A stretch of DNA of 63,612 nt, counting the filler, from Phoronis australis (lineage: Eukaryota; Animalia; Phoronida): NCBI GenBank assembly GCA_002633005.1. It is 7 parts of 7 records of this genome, joined end to end, with 100 filler letters (N's around TTAATTAATTAA, not from the genome) between each part and the next. Parts side by side here need not be neighbours in the genome. Positions count along the whole stretch, not along the records: positions 18,713 to 30,647 come from NMRA01001668.1; positions 30,748 to 39,754 come from NMRA01001375.1; 5 more parts are not named here. One strand, written 5' to 3'. The position numbers and the translations under genes are program-made. Position 1 is the first letter of the stretch. Each line of letters starts with the position of its first letter. The notes beneath the pieces were generated by a model. That model worked only from the letters and a program-made list of their open reading frames with translations, searched no databases and was not told the origin of the DNA. This document shows positions 26,359 to 37,280 of this stretch, piece after piece.

Positions 26359-26686
26359 TAGGCGGATTTAGGGGGGATAGGGGCCCCAGCCTCACCCCCC
26401 CCCCTTGGCTGCCGCAAGCAAAATGAAACAGCAAGAGCGTGAGGAAATACTGAGTTCAGTAACTAAGACTGGTAGCCGAAGAGGGGGGGGCTCAGACCCC
26501 AGATCGCAGCAGAATCGTGTTCCTAATTTTTAAGTCCAACAATAGATTTTCTGAACAGAAGGTCCAACGGTTTACATCCCTGGTCCCTGCAAATTTCGGG
26601 CCGCCTGTGCACATACAATTGCACTTTGCCCAATTCCACGAGGCAACATATGTTGGCCCCCCTGTGGTATCTTAGATCCGCCACTG
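26359..26686. mobile_element. MITE with GGCGGAT...ATCCGCCACTG termini (hAT-like); related ends at ~40575 and ~43309
   Basis: Inverted termini and a G/C-run-rich body. Confidence 0.55.
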
Positions 26687-27578
26687 AATTCCAGACATTA
26701 ATTTTACTTAGTCACAGCCCTAGATCTACCGGAGATAACTGTTTGGCCAGGACGAGATGAGTGTGTACCTGCAGCTATAAACCTGAATTTTTTTATCAAA
26801 ATATTTCGTTACAAGATTAGAAAAGCGCAAACAGTGCTATCGAGTCAACCTAGTCAGACACTATAGTGCATGTGTTGTCTGTAATCTATGACCTACTTTA
26901 CTCCAGGAGTCCCACCAGTTGTGACCTACTTTTCATTTGGCGAAATTTAGCAGACGATAGAATAAAAATATCGGCCAATCTTCACTGATTTTATTCGAAA
27001 GATCATGAAATCTATGGAATCGTACACATAATTCGACTTTAAGGTACATACCCAGCTTTACATGAACATATCGTATCAGTGGCCTTGTCATTTGTCAGGT
27101 GAAGGTGGCCCCGAGGCCGAGGGGTTCTTCAGATTTTCGCTGGCTCCTCGAGCACTTATTTTTTCATCGTCACCTTTACAAATTCCCATATCATGAACGT
27201 ATGATTTACTGTTGGAAGGCATCGCCTCTTGTCTCAGTCGACGCGTTTTCAAATAGTACAAAAACACTCATCGATTCCACCAGGAATGTCGTTTAGCGAC
27301 AGTGTATTTGCCTCTGTCATCTTGTTCGAATGTCGGGTATCACGTGACTTTTCGCATAGGGGCGGAGCTTGCGATAGGTCAATTTGTTGCGAACTCGCAG
27401 GAGCAGGACACCGTGAATGGTATTAAAAGAAAGAACAATTGATTGGTTTGTTGAAACCCTGTTTTGTCTTAATTTATTGAGTTCTTTGTTTGATATGGAC
27501 GGCTGAAGTGAAGTACCCATGGAAGTCCTTGTCGAGAGTTTCGTACCTTGTAGCATATGTATTAGGGACGATCAGCTT

Positions 27579-28357
27579 CTGACCGTCCCCTATGACACAA
27601 TATATTACAACTGTACAAGGTATGACACTCCGGACTAGAAATTCCACAGGTGCTTCACTTCAGCCGTCCATAACAAACATAAAACTCAATAAATTTACAC
27701 AAAACAGAGGTTCAACAAACCATGAGGAATTGTTCTTTCTCCCAATACCATATACAGTGTCCTGCTCCACCGAATTTGCAAGAAATTTGCGGTCAAAGCA
27801 CAAAAATCTTCCAAAAAAACTTGTCTGCAGAAACTCCCTGGTCCAACGCAAAGGGTACGGAATTATAAGTAACGGATTGTAGTAATAGCCGAGATTACCC
27901 GACCCGGGGATCGAACGCGCGACCCCCATAAAACCGGCAAGCGTGCTAGCCATTCAGCTAATAGGCAATTGCCCATTAGCGAGTAGCTAACAGAGGCCCA
28001 TATAATTCACCGGAAGCACATCTACCACAGGATGAACGGAAATTGCTGAGTTAACGATGCCGTGACTTTCCATGATAAATCGGCAATTGCCGTTCAGCCG
28101 TAAGTCATCGGATAATTCCGTACCCTTCGCGTGGGACCAGGGAGTTGCTCTGGGCGAGCTTTTTGAGAATTTTTTTATGCTGAACTCGTTGGAGCAGGAC
28201 ATTGTAAATGGTATTGGGAAAAAGAACAATTCCTCATGGTTTGGTGAACCTCTGTTTTGTGTAAATTTATTGAGTTTTGTGTTTGCTATGGACGGCTGAA
28301 GTGAAGCACCCGTGGAAGTTTGTAGTCCGGAGTCACTAGTGTATTCCGGACGATCAG
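27579..28357. mobile_element. Palindromic MITE family C, with ~290-bp inverted arms; a further inverted arm abuts it at ~27380-27575
   Basis: 27579-27870 is an imperfect inverted complement of 28112-28357 (CTTCACTTCAGCCGTCCATA / TATGGACGGCTGAAGTGAAG). Confidence 0.75.
27896..27966 (-). repeat. tRNA-derived SINE head or pseudo-tRNA
   Basis: A box TAGCTGAATGG and B box GTTCGATCCCC at tRNA spacing; acceptor and anticodon stems are degenerate. Confidence 0.6.
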
Positions 28358-28646
28358 TGGCTGACGACGGGTGTGGGCTTAACCAGGGTTAAGCGCTATT
28401 TTGTAGAAACTCTTCCACCCTACAGACTGAGTTAGGAATTGCTAGCCGTACATAGACACGTAAACCGTCTGTAAATAAGTATTTACAGGCAGTACATAGC
28501 TACAGACAGTACAGACACACTCACACACTAACTTAGTCATATAATGGCACAGTTGCGTAAGCCAAGCTACAACTACAAGTCAGATGAAGAGACATGAAAC
28601 TAACAGTCTAATTTTCGTCGTTGATAAAATAGAGATCAATTCTCAC

Positions 28647-28777
28647 CATTGATCCCTTGCTTTCTTAGTTTCTGGACATGCACAACATGGTTTCAATGGC
28701 TTTTTCTCAGATGGCCCATCTCCAACTGGTGAATTTGCGCTGTTTTGAACGGGAACGTGAGAGTTCTGACTCCCCAT
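28647..28777 (-). CDS. COX17: COX17 cytochrome c oxidase copper chaperone, first coding exon (exon starts at 28804)
   Basis: [43 protein letters not shown](C), with the diagnostic [10 protein letters not shown]. Donor TG|GTGAGA; acceptor AAATTAG at 28806-28805. Spliced CDS 216 nt = 71 aa plus stop. Confidence 0.96.
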
Positions 28778-29275
28778 GACTGCTTTTCACGTTTTTCAGG
28801 TGACCTAATTTCATTTATGTAGGTCAAAAATAACAAAATTAAAATTTTCTGTTGTATAAATAGATCGAATCAAGATAAAAAAAATCAAGAAAAGTATCAA
28901 AATATAAGTATTATTAATGAATTGTTTCCTTTTATGTCCTTGATTTAAAATTCAGAATGGATATCAAAATCTTTATGTCCAAAGAATAAAGTAGGATATG
29001 TTTTGTTATGAAAGTCGATTTCCTGTGTTGAGAGATAGAAATAATTTGCAAATGGCTTCCCTTGCACAAATTGCAAGGCTATGTCCTCTTGTGATGAGGA
29101 GGAGCGGGTCACTAGCTGCTCCAATCGTTAGACATTGTAAGTTCACTTTTGGTTTCACGTGAAGTCGTGCAAGAACTTGTTAAAAGGCACTGTTGTATTG
29201 TAGAGTAGCCAATTTCAGCCCATTTTAGTTTGCCTTGTCTTGTTTTCAGACTAGTTTTGCCAGCCGCTCCATAGC

Positions 29276-30206
29276 TCGGCAATGACCATCGCCTCTGTTG
29301 GCCCGAACCAGAGGCGATGTAGAGGCTATAGGCGCTCTGTACGCCGGAAGCTTTTCGGCGAATTATGCCTTGCACCGACTAAACCATCAAAGTCATGTTG
29401 TTAGAAATACCATTTGCGCATAGAGGAACACCTTAGGAGGTTGTCGATGTGTTAAAGTTCTTCCAACTCGAACAAATACTCCCGTTGTGAAACTTTTTCT
29501 TCGAGCAGTCCCTATTTCAGTTCCCAAAATCGTGAAATCAAAATTTTTGTACTGCGCACGCTCCAACTTTTACCGCGCTCGCTAGGTGGTGTGACTTCAT
29601 AACCTCAATAATTTTTAAGTAGGCCAAAGGTGTGCCATTGCGGTCTTGTCAGTCAAATGTTCGTTTCCAAAATGCCACCACTTATACTTGTCTTTAATTG
29701 GCGTTACTTGAAACTGTTTGTATTTCAATGAATGATTGTTTGTATTTGATAAAAATAAATGCTGTTGATATGACATTTAAAAGTCTTTGTGCACATATTT
29801 GACATTTTAATGTTTAACAACACGGCAAATGCACGGCTGGTTCCCGGCAGCACGTACGCAAAGGGTGGGAACTTCAGCTTTCAAAGTTCGCCGGTAGGAT
29901 CGCAACTTCTGACCTTCGGCCTGGTTAAAAAATGAAAATTTTGATTTCACGATTTTGGGAACTGAAATAGGGACTGCTCGAAGAAAAAGTTTCATAACGG
30001 GAGTATTTGTTCGAGTTGGAAGAACTTAAACACATCGACAACCTCCTAAGGTGTTCCTCTATGCGCAAAAGGTATTTATAACAACGTGACTTTGATGGTT
30101 TAGTCGGTGCGAGGCATAATTCGCCGAAAAGCTTCCGGCGTACAGCGCGCCTATAGCCTCTACATCGCCTCTGGTTCGGGCCAACAGAGGCGATGGTCAT
30201 TGCCTA
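29276..30206. mobile_element. Young non-autonomous long-TIR element with 9-bp TSD (MULE- or AcademH-like), upstream of the first COX17 coding exon
   Basis: ~270-bp near-identical TIRs (29276-29548 / 29933-30206); TSD CTCCATAGC at 29267-29275 and 30207-30215. Confidence 0.85.
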
Positions 30207-30365
30207 CTCCATAGCATGAATGGCGAAGGTAGTTGTGCTGTGCGTGAACTTGGAATCCTGCTTAATTATTTACAATACGACGACATTGACATACACATAT
30301 GATTTTGGTATCGTTCGATTCCTTTCATCGTTATCTTTCCAAAAATATATGAATGTATCCCCTAC

Positions 30366-30440
30366 CGCGTTTCCTCTGTATTTTATTGTCGAATTTCGGT
30401 TCGAACTATTTCCCAATTGACACCGCCATGTTAGCTCAAC
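30366..30440 (-). promoter_or_regulatory. COX17: Putative COX17 non-coding first exon and start region
   Basis: The coding exon has an acceptor, so an upstream exon is required. YY1-like AACATGGCGG near 30432 and donor CG|GTAGGG at 30365. Confidence 0.4.
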
Positions 30441-30747
30441 TCAAGATTACAGCGACACCTCTTGTTAATGAATGTAACAGCATCCTCGATTCTGAATGGT
30501 GTTTGCCCGCGCGAGATTCCCGCTAAAGTTTTCCCGACATAATATGGAGAAACATGTAGCGGCATTTTACCTCCAAATTTTTTACAATTGACCATTTGAC
30601 CATTTTTCCTCGAAAATTGTTTGAAGTGAAACCCTTTTCACCAAGTTNNNNNNNNNNNNNNNNNNNNNNNNNNNNNNNNNNNNNNNNNNNNTTAATTAAT
30701 TAANNNNNNNNNNNNNNNNNNNNNNNNNNNNNNNNNNNNNNNNNNNN

Positions 30748-31020
30748 CGTCCCTTGTGCCCACATCCTTGGTACCTGCGTCCCTTGTGCCCGCACCCTTG
30801 GTGCACGTGCCCATGGTGCACATGCCTCTGGTGCATGCACCCACCGTACACATGCGCATGGTGCACACACTCACAGTGCACACACTCACAATGCACACAC
30901 AAATCGTGCACAAACCCACAGTGCACACAACCACAGTGCAGGCACACAGAGCACACCCCCATGGTGCACGCACCCATAGTGCATGCACACAGAACACACC
31001 CCCATGGTGCACGCACCCAC
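30748..31020. repeat. Low-complexity GTGCAC/CCCAT minisatellite
   Basis: Degenerate ~15-nt units; source of the spurious Cys/His-rich ORFs here. Confidence 0.8.
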
Positions 31021-31025
31021 AAGTG

Positions 31026-31324
31026 ACGTTTACACTACAAAGTTGACACGGATCAGCTGACATGGAGCAAGTTGTTCCAGTGTGTAAACGAACTGACAAG
31101 GAGCAAATTGACAAATTTTTGCCACCCATTTGTGAGGTAGAGCAATTTGTGCTTAGTTTAAACGCGAAACTGGAGCAAGGCGGAAAGGATCATCTCTACT
31201 GCGCTTGTGCAGTGACCTATGTACGGGTTCTTTGTCTCTGCAACTCTCGTCATTTGTAAACCTGTGCATGTGCGATCCAGTCTCTCCAACCTTCAATCTC
31301 CGTGAGTTGTGTGTGTAAACGGCC
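31026..31324. mobile_element. Harbinger-like MITE
   Basis: CGTTTACAC...GTGTAAACGGCC inverted ends. Confidence 0.4.
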
Positions 31325-31440
31325 GCTTGACATGGGTCAATTTACTCCGTGTCAGTTGCGCCCAGCCAAAAGTTGATGTCTAAATGAGACTAAAGCGTAC
31401 ATCACAAGGTCACTGTACTATTTAATACATCTCAACTTAC

Positions 31441-31567
31441 AGGACTTGGCCACCTGACTTCTAATGGCACTGAAGTGTCCATAGTAACCATTGAAAACTT
31501 ATTAAGGCATAGTGAGTCAATGAGTTTCAGGTGGCGCTCCACGGGAAAGTCTCCGTAGGTGAAGAAC
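31441..31567 (-). CDS. PITRM1: PITRM1 (mitochondrial presequence protease) internal exon, 127 nt
   Basis: AG/GT-bounded; (R)FFTYGDFPVERHLKLIDSLCLNKFSMVTMDTSVPLEVRWPSP, resembling vertebrate RFFTYGNFPLEQHLK..VP...W..P. Phase is compatible with the preceding exon. Confidence 0.93.
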
Positions 31568-32047
31568 CTGTAATTACAGATCAAACTTACTGTCCAATGA
31601 TACTTCAGACACTGACCACTGTGACAGTGTCTGACAGACATCCAAGTAACTGTCAACTAACACACAGACTACAGCCACTGACCTGTGTTTGACACTTCAA
31701 GTGTTAAAGTTTTTCCAAAAATGATTCATTCAATTTGTGTTTCACATCTTAGAGACAATTTGCACAACTTCTTCTGAGATCAGCTTCAGCATGTAATTGA
31801 ATTGTACAACCGTCACAGTCACAGGACAGTGCTCTGCTAGCACAGCTAAACTCCACTTGATACAAACTAGAATATTTCAAGCGGATTCAACAGGTTAAGT
31901 CAATGGCCTTGACTTTCGTGAATGTCCAACAGACAACATCAAGAAGAGGTGATTTGGAATAAAACCACAAATTAAACGAATTCTCTTGATGTTAAAGCTC
32001 TGGTCAAAACTTCAAGAAGTCCACACCACATGTTTTCAGCTGTAAAA

Positions 32048-32222
32048 CCAGTAATGTCTCCTTATTCATTGACAATATTCACTTCATAATCATACCAGTA
32101 ATGTCCTTATCGACAACATTCACTTTATAGTCATGCCAGTAATGTCCTTATACATCGACAATATTCACTTCATAATCATACCAGTAATGTCCTTATCGAC
32201 AATATTCACTTCATAGTCATCA
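32048..32222. repeat. ~41-47-bp minisatellite (4 copies) abutting a PITRM1 donor
   Basis: CCAGTAATGTCCTTATCGACAATATTCACTTCATAATCATA units. Confidence 0.85.
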
Positions 32223-32223
32223 C

Positions 32224-32384
32224 CTGGCATTACTAGGATGATAGTGAGTCTCATGAAACTCCTTCAGTTGCTCATGTGTCAGGTCAGTAATGTGTTGAGG
32301 GTCACCGCCATAAACCACAGAGTACGTGTGACTAGGGAGCAGGAGGTTCTGTACGGCTTGTGAGAAAATGTTCTGAGAGTTGGA
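32224..32384 (-). CDS. PITRM1: PITRM1 internal exon, 161 nt
   Basis: [53 protein letters not shown](R), carrying the M16C GGDP and YHPSNA motifs; TTACAG acceptor and AG|GTGATG donor. Confidence 0.95.
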
Positions 32385-32713
32385 CTGTAACAAGTAATCT
32401 TATGGTAAGACAAATATAATGTTCTGAGAGTTGGACTGTAACAAGGATTGGTAAGACAAATATAAATGTTTAAAGAGTTGGACTGTAACAAGTAATCTTA
32501 TGGTAAGACAAATATAATGTTCTGAGAGTTGGACTGTAACAAGTAATCTTATGGTAAGACAAATATAATTTTCTGAGAGTTGGGCTGTAACAAGTAATCT
32601 TATGGTAAGACAAATATAATGTTCTGAGAGTTGGACTGTAACAAGGATTGGTAAGACAAATATTAATGTTTAAAGAGTTAGACTGTAAAAAGGCATGGTA
32701 AGACAAATATAAT
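32367..32713. repeat. 51/47-bp minisatellite (7 units) built from the PITRM1 acceptor plus the first 18 exon nt
   Basis: Unit AATGTTCTGAGAGTTGGACTGTAACAAGTAATCTTATGGTAAGACAAATAT; spacings 51, 47, 51, 51, 51, 47. Confidence 0.92.
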
Positions 32714-33513
32714 GACTGGAGCAGCCTGAATGTAAACAATAATTATTCAGTCAGGGGGTAAAACCACATTAATTCAGTTAGGATTAAACCATATGCATTT
32801 AGATAGGCTTTAAACATTACATTCACTAAGGGTTAAACCCCATACATTCAGTAAGTTGAACCACAGTTAGGGTTAAGCGATATACATTCAGCTAGGATTA
32901 AACCACAGTCACATTTTCATCATAGCAGAATCTAGTCAATATCCGAACTTTTGGTTTGTTGAGATATTGAATAATTTTCTGGGTTGCCTAGGCTAACATA
33001 TTTTCCAGTTCTTTTTATTATAGTGTGTGAACTTTAGTTTGTAACCTTCTTTACAGCAAGTGAGGGTTAGAAACACAGAATTTACAAATTTTGTAACGAG
33101 TGCCTATTTTATGATGAACCCTACCATTTCTCAATGATTAAGCACAACTTCATCTAACTGATGATTCTGAAAGTGACTCAGGTTATTCCGAGTCATATCT
33201 ATTAAAGCAATTGCTTACTTAATAAAATAAATTTCTTTTCTACTGTTGACAGTTGGAAATTGTAATTTTTAAAATGGCCACTCGTAATGCTAAAAATGCA
33301 TGAAATTCATGGACAAAAACATGCATAAATTTCTCAAACATTGTCAGATTTTGACGATTCGTTGTGTTTAATTTGCACATTCTAAAAAACTCTTTGCATA
33401 CGAGATTCAATTTGCATTTGGTAAGTGATCGAAAAAATTCATTTTAGACCGTAACACTGTCAACTCTCAAATATGGACCTTGATTTTGATTTAGCTGTCT
33501 CAATAATGGCAAC

Positions 33514-34619
33514 TGAACCCACTTCATACAGTGGGTGAACCCTTGTTAATATCACAGTGAACTCACTTCATACAGTGGGTGAACCCTTGTTAATATCACA
33601 GTGAACTCACTTCATACAGTGGGTGAACCCTTGTTAATATCACAGTGAACTCACTTCATACAGTGGGTGAACCCTGTTAATATCGCATGTGAACTCACTT
33701 CATACAGTGGGTGAACCCTGCTAATATCGCATGTGAACCCNNNNNNNNNNNNNNNNNNNNNNNNNNNNNNNNNNNNNNNNNNNNNNNNNNNNNNNNNNNN
33801 NNNNNNNNNNNNNNNNNNNNNNNNNNNNNNNNNNNNNNNNNNNNNNNNNNNNNNNNNNNNNNNNNNNNNNNNNNNNNNNNNNNNNNNNNNNNNNNNNNNN
33901 NNNNNNNNNNNNNNNNNNNNNNNNNNNNNNNNNNNNNNNNNNNNNNNNNNNNNNNNNNNNNNNNNNNNNNNNNNNNNNNNNNNNNNNNNNNNNNNNNNNN
34001 NNNNNNNNNNNNNNNNNNNNNNNNNNNNNNNNNNNNNNNNNNNNNNNNNNNNNNNNNNNNNNNNNNNNNNNNNNNNNNNNNNNNNNNNNNNNNNNNNNNN
34101 NNNNNNNNNNNNNNNNNNNNNNNNNNNNNNNNNNNNNNNNNNNNNNNNNNNNNNNNNNNNNNNNNNNNNNNNNNNNNNNNNNNNNNNNNNNNNNNNNNNN
34201 NNNNNNNNNNNNNNNNNNNNNNNNNNNNNNNNNNNNNNNNNNNNNNNNNNNNNNNNNNNNNNNNNNNNNNNNNNNNNNNNNNNNNNNNNNNNNNNNNNNN
34301 NNNNNNNNNNNNNNNNNNNNNNNNNNNNNNNNNNNNNNNNNNNNNNNNNNNNNNNNNNNNNNNNNNNNNNNNNNNNNNNNNNNNNNNNNNNNNNNNNNNN
34401 NNNNNNNNAGTGAACTCACTTCATACAGTGAGTGAACCCTGTTAATATCACAAGTTAGTGAACTCACTTCATACAGTGGGTGAACCCTGTTAATATCACA
34501 AGTTAGTGAACTCACTTCATACAGTGGGTGAACCCTGTTAATATCACAAGTTAGTGAACTCACTTCATACAGTGGGTGAACCCTTGTTAATATCACAGTG
34601 AACTCACTTCATACAGTGG
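33514..34619. repeat. 42-46-bp minisatellite spanning an N gap
   Basis: GTGAACTCACTTCATACAGTGGGTGAACCCTTGTTAATATCACA units on both sides of the gap. Confidence 0.92.
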
Positions 34620-35875
34620 TGATTTGATATCAACACAAATTCAAAACTATCAAGATCCAATCCTAAAAATGCCTGGTGAGCAGGTTGAATTCTGTTTCAG
34701 TGGCAAAGAACCACTTTCAATATTGCACTTTAATCAGTTTATCACATTCCAGGCCTCCTTGATACGGTGGGTTTGTAAAACATCTGAATATGGAGGGCAC
34801 ACCCTCTTAATACCGACACGGCACATTTTCACGAGACATGAGGAACAACTTGCCCGACAACAAAATTACAACAGGTAAGTTTATTTTAGACCAAGTGCTA
34901 AAACGCAGTCAATTTGCAAAGCGAATATCTTCTTAAAATTAAAATAGAACAACAAATGTCTAATGAAAATGTGTCCATGGTCATATCATGGTTAACTGGC
35001 AGAAGAGTGCACGCTTTGTTAGTTTATTGTAGGCAGACCCTGGCTTGACCGATGAAAACAGGGGTTGGCTATTTCATCATGTCAATCATACACAAGAACA
35101 AAAACTGACCAGGTTGTTTTTTAACGCAAACCAATGCATACGAATGTTTTCCGTGATTAACGATGATAAACTTCTCATGCTGTGACTGAAAATTTGAAAG
35201 AAAAAAATCGAAGCAAGAATTTTCAACTATCTGACCGCCATTTTTCAGTCTGCTCAGGATGTTTACTAATGGTTACAGTCCTACAAGAGTCAGGTTTGAA
35301 TTTTGGGACAAACGGTGAGCTTCAAATAGGAAAAATATTCCCTGCAGTGAGAAAAATATATTTACTGTGGTGCAACCACATTCAACAGCGTATTAGTACT
35401 CGCCCTTGGTCAAAGAATACAGGCCTGCCTGTCACTCAATTCATATCTCCCGGCAACAGGCATAGAGCAGTTCCCTATGTACCTTCAGCCCTTTCATTCA
35501 CCGAGTCTACATAATATTGAGTCAACGAGGTATATAGAGCATAGCAAGATGCTGTGGAAAACGAAGATAAAACAATAAAGTTTTTATCTGAGGGAGTTGT
35601 GCATCTGAATGCATACCACTGTTAAGAACAAATGCACTGCGTACCAGTCACTGAACTGCATCTGTGACTTAGTATTCACTAACACAGCAAGTTGTTAAAA
35701 GACTTTAAGATAAATCCTACATAACTTTCATTATTTTGATTAGTAATCTGAAATTTCGCTATTTAAATCTCGTGCTCACTAAGCGCTTTAACCGCGGACT
35801 CCATTTCAATTGCCCATTTCGAACTTGGTTCCTTCATGATATTATTCTCCCGTGCAGTGTGTATACAGTATACAA

Positions 35876-36349
35876 CAGGGCTTGGAATGACCAATGACAA
35901 AAAACGCGGAAACTTTTACGGCCCAAATCATGCCCGATAACCAGCCTTTGAAATGGTCAATGTTAACCTTTCCGCGACAAAAATCGGGAGGACTAAAAAA
36001 AAAAAAAAAACGTTACCACCATCAGTAGCATGCGTCTGCATCCTTTTCGCTCGCCCGTCCACTCCCAACCCACACAAATTTGGCTGCAGAGCGGTAGTAT
36101 TTGTCGCCGCGCTTAAAAATAACACGGGCCGCCATTGAAAATCACACCACGCTTTACCCAGATGCCCTGGCATAGAGCAACTTCCGCTTTCCGAGGTGAA
36201 CGTCGTCTTCAACGCCGCGGTAAGAAAGGAATTCGCCACGGAAATTTCATATCAAATCCGATTTTTTTACGCGGAAATATTATAAAAAAGCGGAAAGCAC
36301 ATTTCAAAAAAGCGGAAATCCGCGTTTCCGCAAAAAATTCCAAGCCCTG
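35876..36349. mobile_element. hAT-like MITE
   Basis: TIR CAGGGCTTGGAAT / ATTCCAAGCCCTG, repeated GCGGAAA subterminal motifs, ATACAA on both flanks. Confidence 0.75.
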
Positions 36350-36502
36350 ATACAACCAACTGTTTGCCTACTAAATGCTGGCTCTGCCTTTTGACCTAGT
36401 TAACATGAGGTATACGATACCCCAAGTACAAAGTTTTAACTTTTAAAAAGCGTTACATACTGATAATTCAGTTGAAAGTGCGAGTGAATGTTGAGAAGAG
36501 AA

Positions 36503-36661
36503 CATGGTTTAGACATGTAAAGGTTATATTGACCTCAAGCAATGGTTTAGGCATGTAAAGGACCTGGTTATATTGACCTCAAGCAATGGTTTAGGCATGT
36601 AAAGGTTATATTGACCTCAAGCAATGGTTTAGGCATGTAAAGGTTATATTGACCTCAGGCA
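36503..36661. repeat. ~38-bp minisatellite, 4 copies
   Basis: ATGGTTTAGGCATGTAAAGGTTATATTGACCTCAAGCA units. Confidence 0.9.
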
Positions 36662-37183
36662 AGTTTTCACTAATGCCAATTTTTGAGGTAACTGGTGAAG
36701 GTTTCAAAGGTTTCATTAAAATCGACCAAGGCGTATTTTGCTATGGAGTACCTTTTTAAAAATGAAATTGTGACTTAATCCCTGGTCGCTTTTCTTTCAG
36801 AAAATAATACTTTTACTAGACAAAAAGTAGACAATACAGTGGGTGGGCCCGTCTTTCCATTCTTTGCCCCTATACAAAATGAGTTCTATAGGAATACATG
36901 CCAGTCTCAACATAATACCCACAGCACCATCACAAAATCCATGTCTATGCCAATATAATTTTTGACAAAAAATTATCCTCAGCAAATTTTCGCTTCAGCA
37001 TCCAGTCTCACTATACACAGTGGCAGTGACCCTTAAAAGCCACTCAATTCACCAATAAAACATGGCAGTAAATTGATTTGACATGAGTAGGAACTAATTA
37101 AGTCTCCCTCGTGTAAACTATGGGTCAGAGAAATAATAATATGAATTTGTCACAAATTAGGCAACAAAATGTAACTGACTTAC

Positions 37184-37280
37184 AAATACACCCTTCATCT
37201 CATTAAAGACTACGCCTTTATAAACAATAGGCGAGTGAGGGTCGTTTGGGTCTTCATGTTCTAACCTCCAGCCTTCTTGC
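37184..37280 (-). CDS. PITRM1: PITRM1 internal exon, 97 nt
   Basis: [32 protein letters not shown], with the diagnostic QEGWRLE and GVVFNEMKG; TGTTGTAG acceptor and GTAAGT donor. Confidence 0.96.

Noticed and set aside
27896-27966. Functional tRNA gene
   Set aside because: Acceptor and anticodon stems do not pair; it lies inside a MITE.
30692-31129. Cys/His-rich metallothionein-like ORFs
   Set aside because: Translations of a GTGCAC minisatellite that is open in many frames on both strands.
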